The notes under the pieces are model-generated. The model ran no database searches, was not told where the DNA came from, and saw nothing but the letters and a program-made list of their open reading frames with translations. A program made the position numbers and the translations under genes. From Eledone cirrhosa (taxonomy: Eukaryota): 64,000 bases of DNA. Shown one piece after another: positions 1-15,000 of this stretch (positions are counted from its first letter, which is position 1; the number at the start of each line of letters is the position of its first letter). The stretch spans positions 15,810,001 through 15,874,000 of the forward strand of contig OZ024744.1 in assembly GCA_964016885.1 (NCBI GenBank). The letters run 5' to 3'.

Positions 1-3000
1 CTACCGTGAGTTGTTTCCCACAATAGTAACTTGTGTATAACTTCCTCTACTGTGTCTCCTGTGTGTTGCTTCCCACAATAGTAACTTGTGTATAACTTCC
101 TCTACTGTGTCTCCCGTGAGTTGGTTCCAACAATTATAACTTGTGTATAACTTCCTCTACTGTGTCTCCTGTGTGTTGGTTCCCACAATAGTAACTTGTG
201 TATAACTTCCTCTACTGTATCTCCTATGTGTTGGTTCCCACGATAGTAACTTGTGTATAACTTCCTCTACTGTGTCTCTTGTGTGTTGGTTCCCACAATG
301 GTAACTTGTGTATAACTTCCTATACTGTGTCTCCTGTGTGTCGGTTCCCACAATAGTAACTTCTGTATAAATTCCTCTACTGTATCTCCTGTAGGTTGGT
401 TCCCACAATAGTAACTTGTGTATACCTTACTCTACTGTATCTTCTGTGTGTTGGTTCCCTCAATAGTAAGTTGTGCATAACTTCCTCTACTGTATCTCCT
501 GTGTGTTGGTTCCCACAATAGTAACTTGTGTATAACTTCCTCTACTGTGCCTCCTGTGTGTTGGTTCCCACAATAGTAACTTGTGTATAACTTCCTCTAC
601 TGTGTCTCCTGTGTGTTGTTTCCCACAATAGTAACTTGTGTATAACTTCCTCTACTGTATCTCCTGTGTGTTGGTTCCCACAATAGTAACTTGTGTATAA
701 CTTACTCTACTGTGTCTCCTGTGTGTTGGTTCCCACAATAGTAACCTGTGTATAACTTCCTCTACTGTATCTCCTGTGTGTTGGTTCCTACAATAGTAAC
801 TTGTGTATAACTTCCTCTACTGTATCTCCTGTGTGTTGGTTCCCACAATAGTAAATTGTGTATAACTTCCTCTACTGTATCTCCTGTGTGTTGGTTCCCA
901 CAATAGTAGCTTGTGTATAACTTGCTCTACTGTATCTCCTGTGAGTTGGTTCCCACAATAGTAAATTGTGTATAACTTCCTCTACTGTAATCCTGTGTGT
1001 TGGTTCCCACAATAATAACATGTGTATAACTTCCTCTACTGTGTCTCCCGTGAGTTGGTTCCCACAATAGTAACTTGTGTATAACTTCCTCTACTGTGTC
1101 TCCTGTGTGTTGGTTCCCACAATAGTAACTTGTGTATAACTTCCTCTACTGTATCTCCTGTGTGTTGGTTCCCACAATAGTAAATTGTGTATAACTTCCT
1201 CTACTGTATCTCCTGTGTGTTGGTTCCCACAATAGTAACTTGTGTATAACTTCCTCTACTCTGTCTCCCGTGAGTTGGTTCCTACAATAGTAACTTGTGT
1301 ATAACTTCCTCTACTGTGTCTCCCGGGAGTTGGTCCCCACAATAGTAACTTGTGCATAACTTCCTCTACTGTATCTCCTGTTTGTTGGTTCCCACAATAG
1401 TAACTTGTGTATTACTTGCTCTACTGTATCTCCTGTGTGTTGGTTACCACAATAGTAACTTGTGTATAACTTCCTCTACTGTATCTCCTGTGTGTTGGTT
1501 CCCACAATAATAACATGTGTATAACTTCCTCTACTGTGTCTCCCGTGAGTTGGTTCCCAGAATAGCAACTTGTGTATAACTTCCTCTACTGAGTCTCCCG
1601 TGAGTTGGTCCCCACAATAGTAACTTGTGCATACCTTCCTCTACTGTATCTCCTGTGTGTTGGTTCCCACAATAGTAACTTGTGTATAACTTCCTCTACT
1701 GTGTCTCCCGGGAGTTGGTTCACACAAAAGTAACTTGTCTATAACTTCCTCTACTGTGTCGCCCGTGAGTTGGTCCCCACAATAGTAACTTGTGCATAAC
1801 TTGCTCTACTGTATCTCCTGTGTGTTGGTTCCCACAATAGTAACTTGTGTATAACTTCCTCTGTGTCTCCCGTGAGTTGGTTCCCACAATAGTAACTTGT
1901 GTATAACTTACTCTACTGTGTCTCCCGTGAGTTGGTTCCCACAATAGTAACTTGTGTATAACTTCCTCTACTGTGTCTCCCGTGAGTTGGTTCCCACAAT
2001 AGTAACTTGTGTATAACTTCCTCTACTGTATCACCTATGTGTTGGTTCCCACGATAGTAACTTGTGTATAACTTCCTCTACTGTGTCACTTGTGTGTTGG
2101 TTCCCATAATGGTAACTTGTGTATAACTTCCTCTACTGTGTCTCCTGTGTGTCGGTTCCCACAATAGTAACTTGTGTATAACTTCCTCTACTGTATCTCC
2201 TGTAGGTTGGTTCCCACAATAGTAACTTGTGTATAACTTCCTCTACTGTGTCTCCTGTGTGTTGGTTCCCAAAATAGTAACTTGTGTATAACTTCCTCTA
2301 CTGTGTCTCCTGTGTGTTGATTCCCACAATAGTAACTTGTGTATAACTTCCTCTACTGTGTCTCCCGTTAGTTGGTCCCCACAATAATATCTTGTGTATA
2401 ACTTCCTCTACTGTGTCTCCTGTGTGTTGGTTCCCACAATAGTAACTTGTGTATAACTTCCACTACTGTGTCTCCCGTGAGTTGGTTCCCACAATAGTAA
2501 CTTGTGTATAACTTACTCTACTGTGTCTCCCGTGAGTTCGTCCCCACAATAGTAACTTGTGTATAACTTACTCTACTGTGTCTCCCGTGAGTTGGTCCCC
2601 ACAATAGTAACTTGTGTATAACTTCCTCTACTGTATCTCCTGTGTGTTGGTTCCCACAATAGTAACTTGTGTATAACTTCCTCTACTGTATCTCCTGTGT
2701 GTTGGTTCCCACAATAGTAACTTGTGTATAACTTCCTCTACTGTGTCTCCCGTGAGTTGGTTCCCACAATAGTAACTTGTGTATAACTTCCTCTACTTTG
2801 TGTCCCGTGAGTTGGTTCCCACAATAGTAACTTGTGTATAACTTCCTCTACTGTATCTCCTGTGTGTTGGTTCCTACAATAGTAACTTGTGTATAACTTC
2901 CTCTACTGTATCTCCTGTGTGTTGGTTCCCACAATAGTAACTTGTGTATAACTTCCTCTACTGTGTCTCCCGTGAGTTGGTTCCCACAATAGTAACTTGT

Positions 3001-6000
3001 GTATAACTTCCTCTACTGTGTCTCCTGTATGTTGGTTCCCACAATAGTAACTTGTGTATAACTTCCTCTACTGTGTCTCCTGTGTGTTGGTTCCCACAAT
3101 AGTAACTTGTGTATAACTTCCTCTACTGTCTCTCGTGAGTTGGTTCCCACAATGGTAACTTGTGTGTAACTTCCTCTACTGTGTCCCCCGTGAGTTGGTC
3201 CCCACAATAGTAACTTGTGCATAACTTACTCTACTGTATCTCCTGTGTGTTGGTTCCCACAGTGTATAACTTCCTCTACTGTATCTCCTGTGTGTTGGTT
3301 CCCACAATAGTTACTTGTGTATAACTTACTCTACTGTGTGTCCCGTGAGTTGGTCCCCACAATAGTAACTTGTGTATAACTTACTCTACTGTGTCTCCCG
3401 TGAGTTGGTCACCACAATAGTAACTTGTGTATAACTTCCTCTACTGTATCTCCTGTGTGTTGGTTCCCACAATAGTAACTTGTGTATAACTTCCTCTACT
3501 GTATCTCCTGTGTGTTGGTTCCCACAATAGTAACTTGTGTTTAACTTCCTCTACTGTTTCTCCCGTGAGTTGGTTCCCACAATAGTAACTTGTGTATAAC
3601 TACCCATACTCTGTATCTCGTGAGTTGGTTCCCACAATAGTAACTTGTGTATAACTTCCTCTACTGTGTCTCACGTGAGTTGGTCCCCACAATAGTAACT
3701 TGTGCATAACTTCCTCTACTGTATCTCCTGTGTGTTCGTTCCCACAATAGTAACTTGTGTATAACTTCCCCTACTGTATCTCCTGTGTGTTGGTTCCCAC
3801 AATAGTAACTTGTGTATAACTTACTCTACTGTGTCTCCCGTGAGTTGGTCCCCACAATAGTAACTTGTGTATAACTTACTCTACTGCGTCTCCCGTGAGT
3901 TGGTCCCCATAATAGTAACTTGTGTATAACTTTCTCTACTGTATCTCCTGTGTGTTGGTTCCCACAATAGTAACTTGTGTATAACTTCCTCTACTGTAAA
4001 CCTGTGTGTTGGTTCCCACAATAATAACATGTGTATAACTTCCTCTACTGTGTCTCCCGTGAGTTGGTTCCCACAATAGTAACTTGTGTATAACTTCCTC
4101 TACTGTGTCTCCTGTATGTTGGTTCCCACAATAGTAACTTGTGTATAACTTCCTCTACTGTATCTCCTGTGTGTTGGTTCCCACAATAGTAACTTGTCTA
4201 TAACTTCCTGTACTGTGTCTCCCGTGAGTTGGTTCCAACAATAGTAACTTGTGTATAACTTCCTCTACTGTGTCTCCTGTGTGTTGGTTCCCACAATAGT
4301 AACTTGTGTATAACTTCCTCTACTGTATCACCTGTGTGTTGGTTCCCACAATAGTAAATTGTGTATAACTTCCTCTACTGTATCTCCTGTGTGTTGGTTC
4401 CCACAATAGTAACTTGTGTATAACTTCCTCTACTGTGTCTCCCGTGAGCTGGTTCCCACAATAGTAACTTGTGTATAACTTCCTCTACTGTGTCTCCCAT
4501 GAGTTGGTCCCCACAATAGTAACTTGTGCATAACTTCCTCTACTGTATCTCCTGTGTGTTGGTTCCCACAATAGTAACTTGTGTATTACTTGCTCTACTG
4601 TATCTCCTGTGTGTTGGTTCCCACAATAGTAACTTGTGTATAATTTCCTCTACTGTATCTCTTGTGTGTTGGTTCCCACAATAGTAACTTGTGTATAACT
4701 TCCTCTACTGTATCTCCTATGTGTTGGTTCCCACGATAGTAACTTGTGTATAACTTCCTCTACTGTGTCTCCTGTGTGTTGGTTCCCACAACGGTAACTT
4801 GTATATAACTTCCTCTACTGTGTCTCCTATGTGTTGGTTCCCACAATAGTAACTTGTGTATAACTTCCTCTACTGTATCTCCTGTGTGTTGGTACCCACA
4901 ATAGTAACTTGTGTATAACTTCCTCTACTGTATCTCCTGTGTGTTGGTTCCAACAATAGTAACTTGTGTATAACTTCCTCTGTGTCTCCCGTGAGTTGGT
5001 TCCCACAATAGTAACTTGTGTATAACTTACTCTACTGTGTCTCCCGTGAGTTGGTTCCCACAATAGTAACTTGTGTATAACTTCCTCTACTGTGTCTCCT
5101 GTGTGTCGGTTCCCACAATAGTAACTTGTGTATAACTTCCTCTACTGTATCTCCTGTAGGTTGGTTCCCACAATAGTAACTTGTGTATAGCTTCCTCTAC
5201 TGTGTCTCCTGTGTGTTGGTTCCTAAGATAGTAACTTGTGTATAACTTCCTCTACTGTGTCTCCTGTGTTGATTCCCACAATAGTAACTTGTGTATAACT
5301 TCCTCTACTGTGTCTGCCGTTAGTTGGTCCCCACAATAATATCTTGTGTATAACTTCCTCTACTGTGTCTCCTGTGTGTTGGTTCCCACAATAGTAACTT
5401 GTATATAACTTCCACTACTGTGTCTCCTGTGTGTTGGTTCCCACAATAGTAACTTGTGTATAACTTCCTCTACTGTGTCTCCCGTGAGTTGGTTCCCACA
5501 ATAGTAACTTGTGTATAACTTCCACTACTGTATCACCTGTGTGTTGGTTCCCACAATAGTAACTTGTGTATAACTTCCTGTAATGTATCTCCTGTGTGTT
5601 GGTTCCCACAATAGTAACTTGTGTATAACTTCCTCTACTGTGTCTCCCGTGAGTTGGTTCCCACAATAGTAACTTGTGTATAACTTCCTCTACTGTGTCT
5701 CCTGTGTGTTGGTTCCCACAATAGTAAATTGTGTATAACTTACTCTGCTGTATCACCTGTGTGTTGGTTCCCACAATAGTAACTTGTGTATAACTTCCTC
5801 TACTGTGTCTGCCGTGAGTTGGTCCCCACAATAGTAACTTGTGTTTAACTTCCTCTACTGTGTCTCCCGTGAGTTGGTTCCCTCAATAGTAACTTTTGTA
5901 TAACTTCCTCTACTGTATCTCCCGTGAGTTGGTTTCCACAATAGTAACTTGTGTATAACTTCCTCTACTGTATCTCTTGTGTGTTGGTTCCAACAATAGT

Positions 6001-9000
6001 AACTTGTGTATAACTTCCTCTATTGTATCTCCTATGTGTTGGTTCCCACGATAGTAACTTGTGTATAACTTCCTCTACTGTGTCTCCCGTGAGTTGGTTC
6101 CCACAATAGTAACTTGTGTATAACTTCCTCTACTGTGTCTCCTGTGTGTTGGTTCCCATAATAGTAACTTGTGTATAACTTCCTCTACTGTGTCTCCCGT
6201 GAGTTGGTCCCCACAATAGTAACTCGTTTATAACTTCCTCTACTGTGTCTCCCGTGAGTTGGTTCCCTCAATAATTACTTGTGTATAACTTCCTCTACTG
6301 TATCTCTTGTATGTTGGTTCCCACAATAGTAACTTATGTATAACTTCCTCTACCGTGTCTCCCGTGAGTTGGTCCCCACAATAGTAACTTCTGTATAACT
6401 TACTCTACTGTGTCTCCTGTGTGTTGGTTCCCACAATAGTAACTTGTGTATAACTTCCTCTACTGTATCTCCTGTGTGTTGGTTCCCACAATAGTAACTT
6501 TTGTATAACTTCCTCTACTGTATCACCTGTGAGTTGGTTCCCACAATAGTAACTTGTGTTTAACTTGCTCTCCTGTGTCTCCCGTGAGTTGGTTCCCACA
6601 ATAGTAACTGGTGTATAACTTCTTCTACTGTGTCTCCTGTGTGTTGGTTCCCACAATAGTAACTTGTGTATAACTTCCTCTACTGTGTCTCCTGTGTGTT
6701 GGTTCCCACAATAGTAACTTGTGTATAACTTCCTCTACTGTGTCTCACGTTAGTTGGTCCCCACAATAATATCTTGTGTATAACTTCCTCTACTGTGTCT
6801 CCTGTGTGTTGGTTCCCACAATAGTAACTTGTGTATAACTTCCACTACTGTGTCTCCTGTGTGTTGGTTCCCACAATAGTAACTTGTGTATAACTTCCTC
6901 TACTGTGTCTCCTGTGAGTTGGTTCCAATAATAGTAACTTGTGTATAACTTCCTCTACTGTATCTCTTGTGTGTTGGTTCCCACAATAGTAACTTGTGTA
7001 TAACTTCCTCTACTGTGTCTCCTGTGAGTTGGTTCCCACAATAGTAACTTGTGTATAACTTCCTCTACTGTATCACCTGTGTGTTGGTTCCCACAATAGT
7101 AACTTGTGTATAACTTCCTGTACTGTATCTCCTGTGTGTTGGTTCCCACAATAGTAACTTGTGTATAACTTCCTCTACTGTGTCTCCCGTGAGTTGGTTC
7201 CCACAATAGTAACTTGTGTATAACTTCCTCTACTGTGTCTTCTGTGTGTTGGTTCCCACAATAGTAAATTGTGTATAACTTACTCTGCTGTATCTCCTGT
7301 GTGTTGGTTCCCACAATAGTAACTTGTGTATAACTTCCACTACTGTGTCTCCCGTGAGTTGGTCCCCACAATAGTAACTTGTGTTTAACTTCCTCTACTC
7401 TGTCTCCCGTGAGTTGGTTCCCTCAATAGTAACTTTTGTATAACTTCCTCTACTGTATCTCCCGTGAGTTGGTTTCCACAATAGTAACTTGTGTATAACT
7501 TCCTCTACTGTATCTCTTGTGTGTTGGTTCCCACAATAGTAACTTGTGTATAACTTCCTCTACTGTATCTCCTATGTGTTGGTTCCCACGATAGTAACTT
7601 GTGTATAACTTCCTCTACTGTGTCTCCTGTGTGTCGGTTCCCACAATAGTAACTTGTGTATACCTTCCACTACTGTATCTCCTGTATGTTGGTTCCCATA
7701 ATAGTAACTTGTGTATAACTTCCTCTACTCTATCTCCTGTGTGTTGGTTCCCACAATAGTAACTTGTGTATAACTTCCTCTACTGTTTCCCCGTGAGTTG
7801 GTTCCCACAATAGTAACTTGTGTATAACATCCTCTACTGTATCACCTGTGTGTTGGTTCCCACAATAGTAACTTGTGTATAACTTCCTCTCCTGTGTCTC
7901 CTGTGTGTTGGTTCCCACAATAGTAACTTGTGTATAACTTCCTCTACTGTGTCTCCCGTGAGTTGGTTCCCACAATAGTAACTTGTGTATAACTTCCTCT
8001 ACTGTATCACCTGTGTGTTGGGTCCCACAATAGTAACTTGTGTATAACTTCCTCTACTGTATCTCCTGTGTGTTGGTTCCCACAATAGTAACTTGTGTAT
8101 AACTTCCTCTACTGTGTCTCCTGTGTGTTGGTTCCCACAATAGTAACTTGTGTATATCTTCCTCTACTGTATCTCCTGTGAGTTGGTTCCCACAATAGTA
8201 ACTTGTGTATAACTTCCACTACTGTGTCTCCCGTGAGTTGGTTCCCACAATAGTAACTTGTGTATAACTTCCTCTACTGTGTCTCCCGTGAGTTGGTCCC
8301 CACAATAGTAACTTGTGTATAACTTCCTCTACTGTGTCTCCCGTGAGTTGGTTCCCTCAATAGTAACTTGTGTATAATTTCCTCTACTGTATCTCCTATG
8401 TGTTGGTTCCCACGATAGTAACTTGTGTATAATTTTCTCTACTGTGTCTCTTGTGTGTTGGTTCCCACAATGGTAACTTGTGTATAACTTCCTCTACTGT
8501 GTCTCCTGTGTGTTGGTTCCCACAATAGTAACTTGTGTATAACTTCCTCTACTGTGTCTCCTTTGTGTCGGTTCCCACAATAGTAACTTGTGTATACCTT
8601 CCACTACTGTATCTCCTGTATGTTGCTTCCCATAATAGTAACTTGTGTATAACTTCCTCTACTCTATCTCCTGTGTGTTGGTTCCCACAATAGTAACTTG
8701 TGTATGACTTCCTCTACTGTGTCTCCTGTGTGTTGGTTCCCACAATAGTAACTTGTGTATAACTTCCTCTACTGTATCTCCTGTGAGTTGGTTCCCACAA
8801 TAGTAACTTGTGTATAACTTCCTCTACTGTGTCTCCCGTGAGTTGGTTCCCACAATAGTAACTTGTGTATAAATTCCTCTACTGTGTCTCCTGTGTGTTG
8901 GTTTCCACAATAGTAAATTGTGTATAACTTACTCTGCTGTATCTCCTGTGTGTTGGTTCCGACAATAGTAACTTGTGTATAACTTCCTCTACTGTGTCTC

Positions 9001-12000
9001 CCGTGAGTTGGTCCCCACAATAGTAACTTGTGTTTAACTTCCTCTACTGTGTCTCCCGTGAGTTGGTTCCCTCAATAGTAACTTTTGTATAACTTCCTCT
9101 ACTGTATCTCCCGTGAGTTGGTTTCCACAATAGTAACTTGTGTATAACTTCCTCTACTGTATCTCTTGTGTGTTGGTTCCCACAATAGTAACTTGTGTAT
9201 AACTTCCTCTACTGTATCTCCTATGTGTTGGTTCCCACGATAGTAACTTGTGTATAACTTCCTCTACTGTGTCTCCTGTGTGTCGGTTCCCACAATAGTA
9301 ACTTGTGTATACCTTCCACTACTGTATCTCCTGTATGTTGGTTCCCATAATAGTACCTTGTGTATAACTTCCTCTACTCTATCTCCTGTGTGTTGGTTCC
9401 CACAATAGTAACTTGTGTATAACTTCCTCTACTGTTTCCCCGTGAGTTGGTTCCCACAATAGTAACTTGTGTATAACTTCCTCTACTGTATCACCTGTGT
9501 GTTGGTTCCCACAATAGTAACTTGTGTATAACTTCCTCTACTGTGTCTCCTGTGTGTTGGTTCCCACAATAGTAACTTGTGTATAACTTCCTCTACTGTG
9601 TCTCCCGTGAGTTGGTTCCCACAATAGTAACTTGTGTATAACTTCCTCTACTGTATCACCTGTGTGTTGGGTCCCACAATAGTAACTTGTGTATAACTTC
9701 CTCTACTGTATCTCCTGTGTGTTGGTTCCCACAATAGTAACTTGTGTATAACTTCCTCTACTGTGTCTCCTGTGTGTTGGTTCCCACAATAGTAACTTGT
9801 GTATATCTTCCTCTACTGTATCTCCTGTGAGTTGGTTCCCACAATAGTAACTTGTGTATAACTTCCACTACTGTGTCTCCCGTGAGTTGGTTCCCACAAT
9901 AGTAACTTGTGTATAACTTCCTCTACTGTGTCTCCCGTGAGTTGGTCCCCACAATAGTAACTTGTGTATAACTTCCTCTACTGTGTCTTCTGTGTGTTGG
10001 TTCCCACAAAAGTAAATTGTGTATAACTTACTCTGCTGTATCTCCTGTGTGTTGGTCCCCACAATAGTAACTTGTGTATAACTTCCTCTACTGTGTCTCC
10101 CGTGAGTTGGTTCCCTTAATAGTAACTTGTGTATAATTTCTTCTACTGTATCTCCTATGTGTTGGTTCCCACGATAGTAACTTGTGTATAATTTTCTCTA
10201 CTGTGTCTCTTGTGTGTTGGTTCCCACAATGGTAACTTGTGTATAACTTCCTCTACTGTGTCTCCTGTGTGTTGGTTCCCACAATAGTAACTTGTGTATA
10301 ACTTCCTCTACTGTGTCTCCTGTGTGTTGGTTCCCACAATAGTAACTTGTGTATAACTTCCTCTACTCTATCTCCTGTGAGTTGGTTCCCACAATAGTAA
10401 CTTGTGTATAACTCCCTCTACTGTGTCTCCCGTGAGTTGGTTCCCACAATAGTAACTTGTGTATAAAATCCTCTACTGTGTCTCCTGTGTGTTGGTTCCC
10501 ACAATAGTAAATTGTGTATAACTTACTCTGCTGTATCTCCTGTGTGTTGGTTCCCACAATAGTAACTTGTGTATAACTTCCTCTACTGTGTCCCCCGTGA
10601 GTTGGTCCCCACAATAGTAACTTTTTTTTAACTTCCTCTACTGTGTCTCCCGTGAGTTGGTTCCCTCAATAGTAACTTTTGTATAACTTCCTCTACTGTA
10701 TCTCCCGTGAGTTGGTTTCCACAATAGTAACTTGTGTATAACTTCCTCTACTGTATCTCTTGTGTGTTGGTTCCCACAATAGTAACTTGTGTATAACTTC
10801 CTCTACTGTATCTCCTATGTGTTGGTTCCCAAGATAGTAACTTGTGTATAACTTCCTCTACTGTGTCTCCTGTGTGTCGGTTCCCACAATAGTAACTTGT
10901 GTATACCTTCCACTACTGTATCTCCTGTATGTTGGTTCCCATAATAGTAACTTGTGTATAACTTCCTCTACTCTATCTCCTGTGTGTTGGTTCCCACAAC
11001 AGTAACTTGTGTATAACTTCCTCTACTGTGTCTCCCGTGAGTTGGTTCCCACAATAGTAACTTGTGTATAACTTCCTCTACTGTATCACCTGTGTGTTGG
11101 TTCCCACAATAGTAACTTGTGTATGACTTCCTCTACTGTGTCTCCTGTGTGTTGGTTCCCACAATAGTAACTTGTGTATAACTTCCTCTACTCTATCTCC
11201 TGTGTGTTGGTTCCCACAATAGTAACTTGTGTATAACTTCTTCTACTGTGTCTCCTGTGTGTTGGTTCCCACAATAGTAACTTGTGTATAACTTCCTCTA
11301 CTGTATCTCCTGTGAGTTGGTTCCCACAATAGTAACTTGTGTATAACTTCCTCTACTGTGTCTCCCGTGAGTTGGTTCCCACAATAGTAACTTGTGTATA
11401 ACTTCCTCTACTGTGTCTCCTGTGTGTTGGTTCCCACAATAGTAAATTGTGTATAACTTACTCTGGTGTATCTCCTGTGTGTTTGTTCCCACAATAGTAA
11501 CTTGTGTATAACTTCCTCTACTGTGTCTCCCGTGAGTTGGTCCCCACAATAGTAACTTGTGTTTAACTTCCTCTACTGTGTCTCCCGTGAGTTCGTTCCC
11601 TCAATAGTAACTTTTGTATAACTTCCTCTACTGTATCTCCCGTGAGTTGGTTTCCACAATAGTAACTTGTGTATAACTTCCTCTACTGTATCTCTTGTGT
11701 GTTGGTTCCCACAATAGTAACTTGTGTATAACTTCCTCTACTGTATCTCCTATGTGTTGGTTCCTACGATAGTAACTTGTGTATAACTTCCTCTACTGTG
11801 TCTCCTGTGTGTCGGTTCCCACAATAGTAACTTGTGTATACCTTCCACTACTGTATCTCCTGTATGTTGGTTCCCATAATAGTACCTTGTGTATAACTTC
11901 CTCTACTCTATCTCCTGTGTGTTGGTTCCCACAATAGTAACTTGTGTATAACTTCCTCTACTGTTTCCCCGTGAGTTGGTTCCCACAATAGTAACTTGTG

Positions 12001-15000
12001 TATAACTTCCTCTACTGTATCACCTGTGTGTTGGTTCCCACAATAGTAAATTGTGTATAACTTACTCTGCTGTATCTCCTGTGTGTTGGTTCCCACAATA
12101 GTAACTTGTGTATAACTTCCTCTACTGTGTCCCCCGTGAGTTGGTCCCCACAATAGTAACTTGTGTTTAACTTCCTCTACTGTGTCTCCCGTGAGTTGGT
12201 TCCCTCAATAGTAACTTTTGTATAACTTCCTCTACTGTATCTCCCGTGAGTTGGTTTCCACAATAGTAACTTGTGTATAACTTCCTCTACTGTATCTCTT
12301 GTGTGTTGGTTCCCACAATAGTAACTTGTGTATAACTTCCTCTACTGTATCTCCTATGTGTTCGTTCCCACGATAGTAACTTGTGTATAACTTCCTCTGC
12401 TGTGTCTCCTGTGTGTCGGTTCCCACAATAGTAACTTGTGTATACCTTCCACTACTGTATCTCCTGTATGTTGGTTCCCATAATAGTAACTTGTGTATAA
12501 CTTCCTCTACTCTATCTCCTGTGTGTTGGTTCCCACAATAGTAACTTGTGTATAACTTCTTCTACTGTGTCTCCTGTGTGTTGGTTCCCACAATAGTAAC
12601 TTGTGTATAACTTCCTCTACTGTATCTCCTGTGAGTTGGTTCCCACAATAGTAACTTGTGTATAACTTCCTCTACTGTGTCTCCCGTGAGTTGGTTCCCA
12701 CAATAGTAACTTGTGTATAACTTCCTCTACTGTGTCTCCTGTGTGTTGGTTCCCACAATAGGAAATTGTGTATAACTTACTCTGGTGTATCTCCTGTGTG
12801 TTTGTTCCCACAATAGTAACTTGTGTATAACTTCCTCTACTGTGTCTCCCGTGAGTTGGTCCCCACAATAGTAACTTGTGTTTAACTTCCTCTACTGTGT
12901 CTCCCGTGAGTTGGTTCCCTCAATAGTAACTTTTGTATAACTTCCTCTACTGTATCTCCCGTGAGTTGGTTTCCACAATAGTAACTTGTGTATAACTTCC
13001 TCTACTGTATCTCTTGTGTGTTGGTTCCCACAATAGTAACTTGTGTATAACTTCCTCTACTGTATCTCCTATGTGTTGGTTCCCACGATAGTAACTTGTG
13101 TATAACTTCCTCTACTGTGTCTCCTGTGTGTCGGTTCCCACAATAGTAACTTGTGTATACCTTCCACTACTGTATCTCCTGTATGTTGGTTCCCATAATA
13201 GTACCTTGTGTATAACTTCCTCTACTCTATCTCCTGTGTGTTGGTTCCCACAATAGTAACTTGTGTATAACTTCCTCTACTGTTTCCCCGTGAGTTGGTT
13301 CCCACAATAGTAACTTGTGTATAACTTCCTCTACTGTATCACCTGTGTGTTGGTTCCCACAATAGTAACTTGTGTATAACTTCCTCTACTGTGTCTCCTG
13401 TGTGTTGGTTCCCAAAATAGTAACTTGTGTATAACTTCCTCTACTGTGTCTCCCGTGAGTTGGTTCCCACAATAGTAACTTGTGTATAACTTGCTCTACT
13501 GTATCACCTGTGTGTTGGGTCCCACAATAGTAACTTGTGTATAACTTCCTCTACTGTATCTCCTGTGTGTTGGTTCCCACAATAGTAACTTGTGTATAAC
13601 TTCCTCTACTGTGTCTCCTGTGTGTTGGTTCCCACAATAGTAACTTGTGTATATCTTCCTCTACTGTATCTCCTGTGAGTTGGTTCCCACAATAGTAACT
13701 TGTGTATAACTTCCACTACTGTGTCTCCCGTGAGTTGGTTCCCACAATAGTAACTTGTGTATAACTTCCTCTACTGTGTCTCCCGTGAGTTGGTTCCCAC
13801 GATAGTAACTTGTGTATAACTTCCTCTACTGTGTCTTCTGTGTGTTGGTTCCCACAATAGTAACTTGTGTATAACTTCCTCTACTGTGTCTCCCGTGAGT
13901 TGGTCCCCACAATAGTAACTTGTGTATAACTTCCTCTACTGTGTCTTCTGTGAGTTGGTCCCCACAATAGTAACTTGTGTATAACTTCCTCTACTGTGTC
14001 TCCCGTGAGTTGGTTCCCTCAATAGTAACTTGTGTATAATTTCCTCTACTGTATCTCCTATGTGTTGGTTCCCACGATAGTAACTTGTGTATAATTTTCT
14101 CTACTGTGTCTCTTGTGTGTTGGTTCCCACAATGGTAACTTGTGTATAACTTCCTCTACTGTGTCTCCTGTGTGTTGGTTCCCACAATAGTAACTTGTGT
14201 ATAACTTCCACTACTGTATCTCCTGTATGTTGGTTCCCACAATAGTAACTTGTGTATAACTTCCTCTACTGTGTCTCCTGTGTGTTGGTTCCCACAATAG
14301 TAACTTGTGTATAACTTCCTCTACTGTGTCTCCTGTGTGTTGGTTCCCACAATAGTAACTTGTGTATAACTTCCTCTACTGTGTCTCCTGTGTGTCGGTT
14401 CCCACAATAGTAACTTGTGTATACCTTCCACTACTGTATCTCCTGTATGTTGGTTCCCATAATAGTAACTTGTGTATAACTTCCTCTACTCTATCTCCTG
14501 TGTGTTGGTTCCCACAATAGTAACTTGTGTATAACTTCCTCTACTGTGTCTGCCGTGAGTTGGTCCCCACAATAGTAACTTGTGTATAACTTCCTCTACT
14601 GTATCTCCTGTGAGTTGGTTCCCACAATAGTAACTTGTGTATAACTCCCTCTACTGTGTCTCCCGTGAGTTGGTTCCCACAATAGTAACTTGTGTATAAA
14701 TTCCTCTACTGTGTCTCCTGTGTGTTGGTTCCCACAATAGTAAATTGTGTATAACTTACTCTGCTGTATCTCCTGTGTGTTGGTTCCCACAATAGTAACT
14801 TGTGTATAACTTCCTCTACTGTGTCTCCCGTGAGTTGGTCCCCACAATAGGAACTTGTGTTTAACTTTCTCTACTGTGTCTCCCGTGAGTTGGTTCCCTC
14901 AATAGTAACTTTTGTATAACTTCCTCTACTGTATCTCCCGTGAGTTGGTTTCCACAATAGTAACTTGTGTATAACTTCCTCTACTGTATCTCTTGTGTGT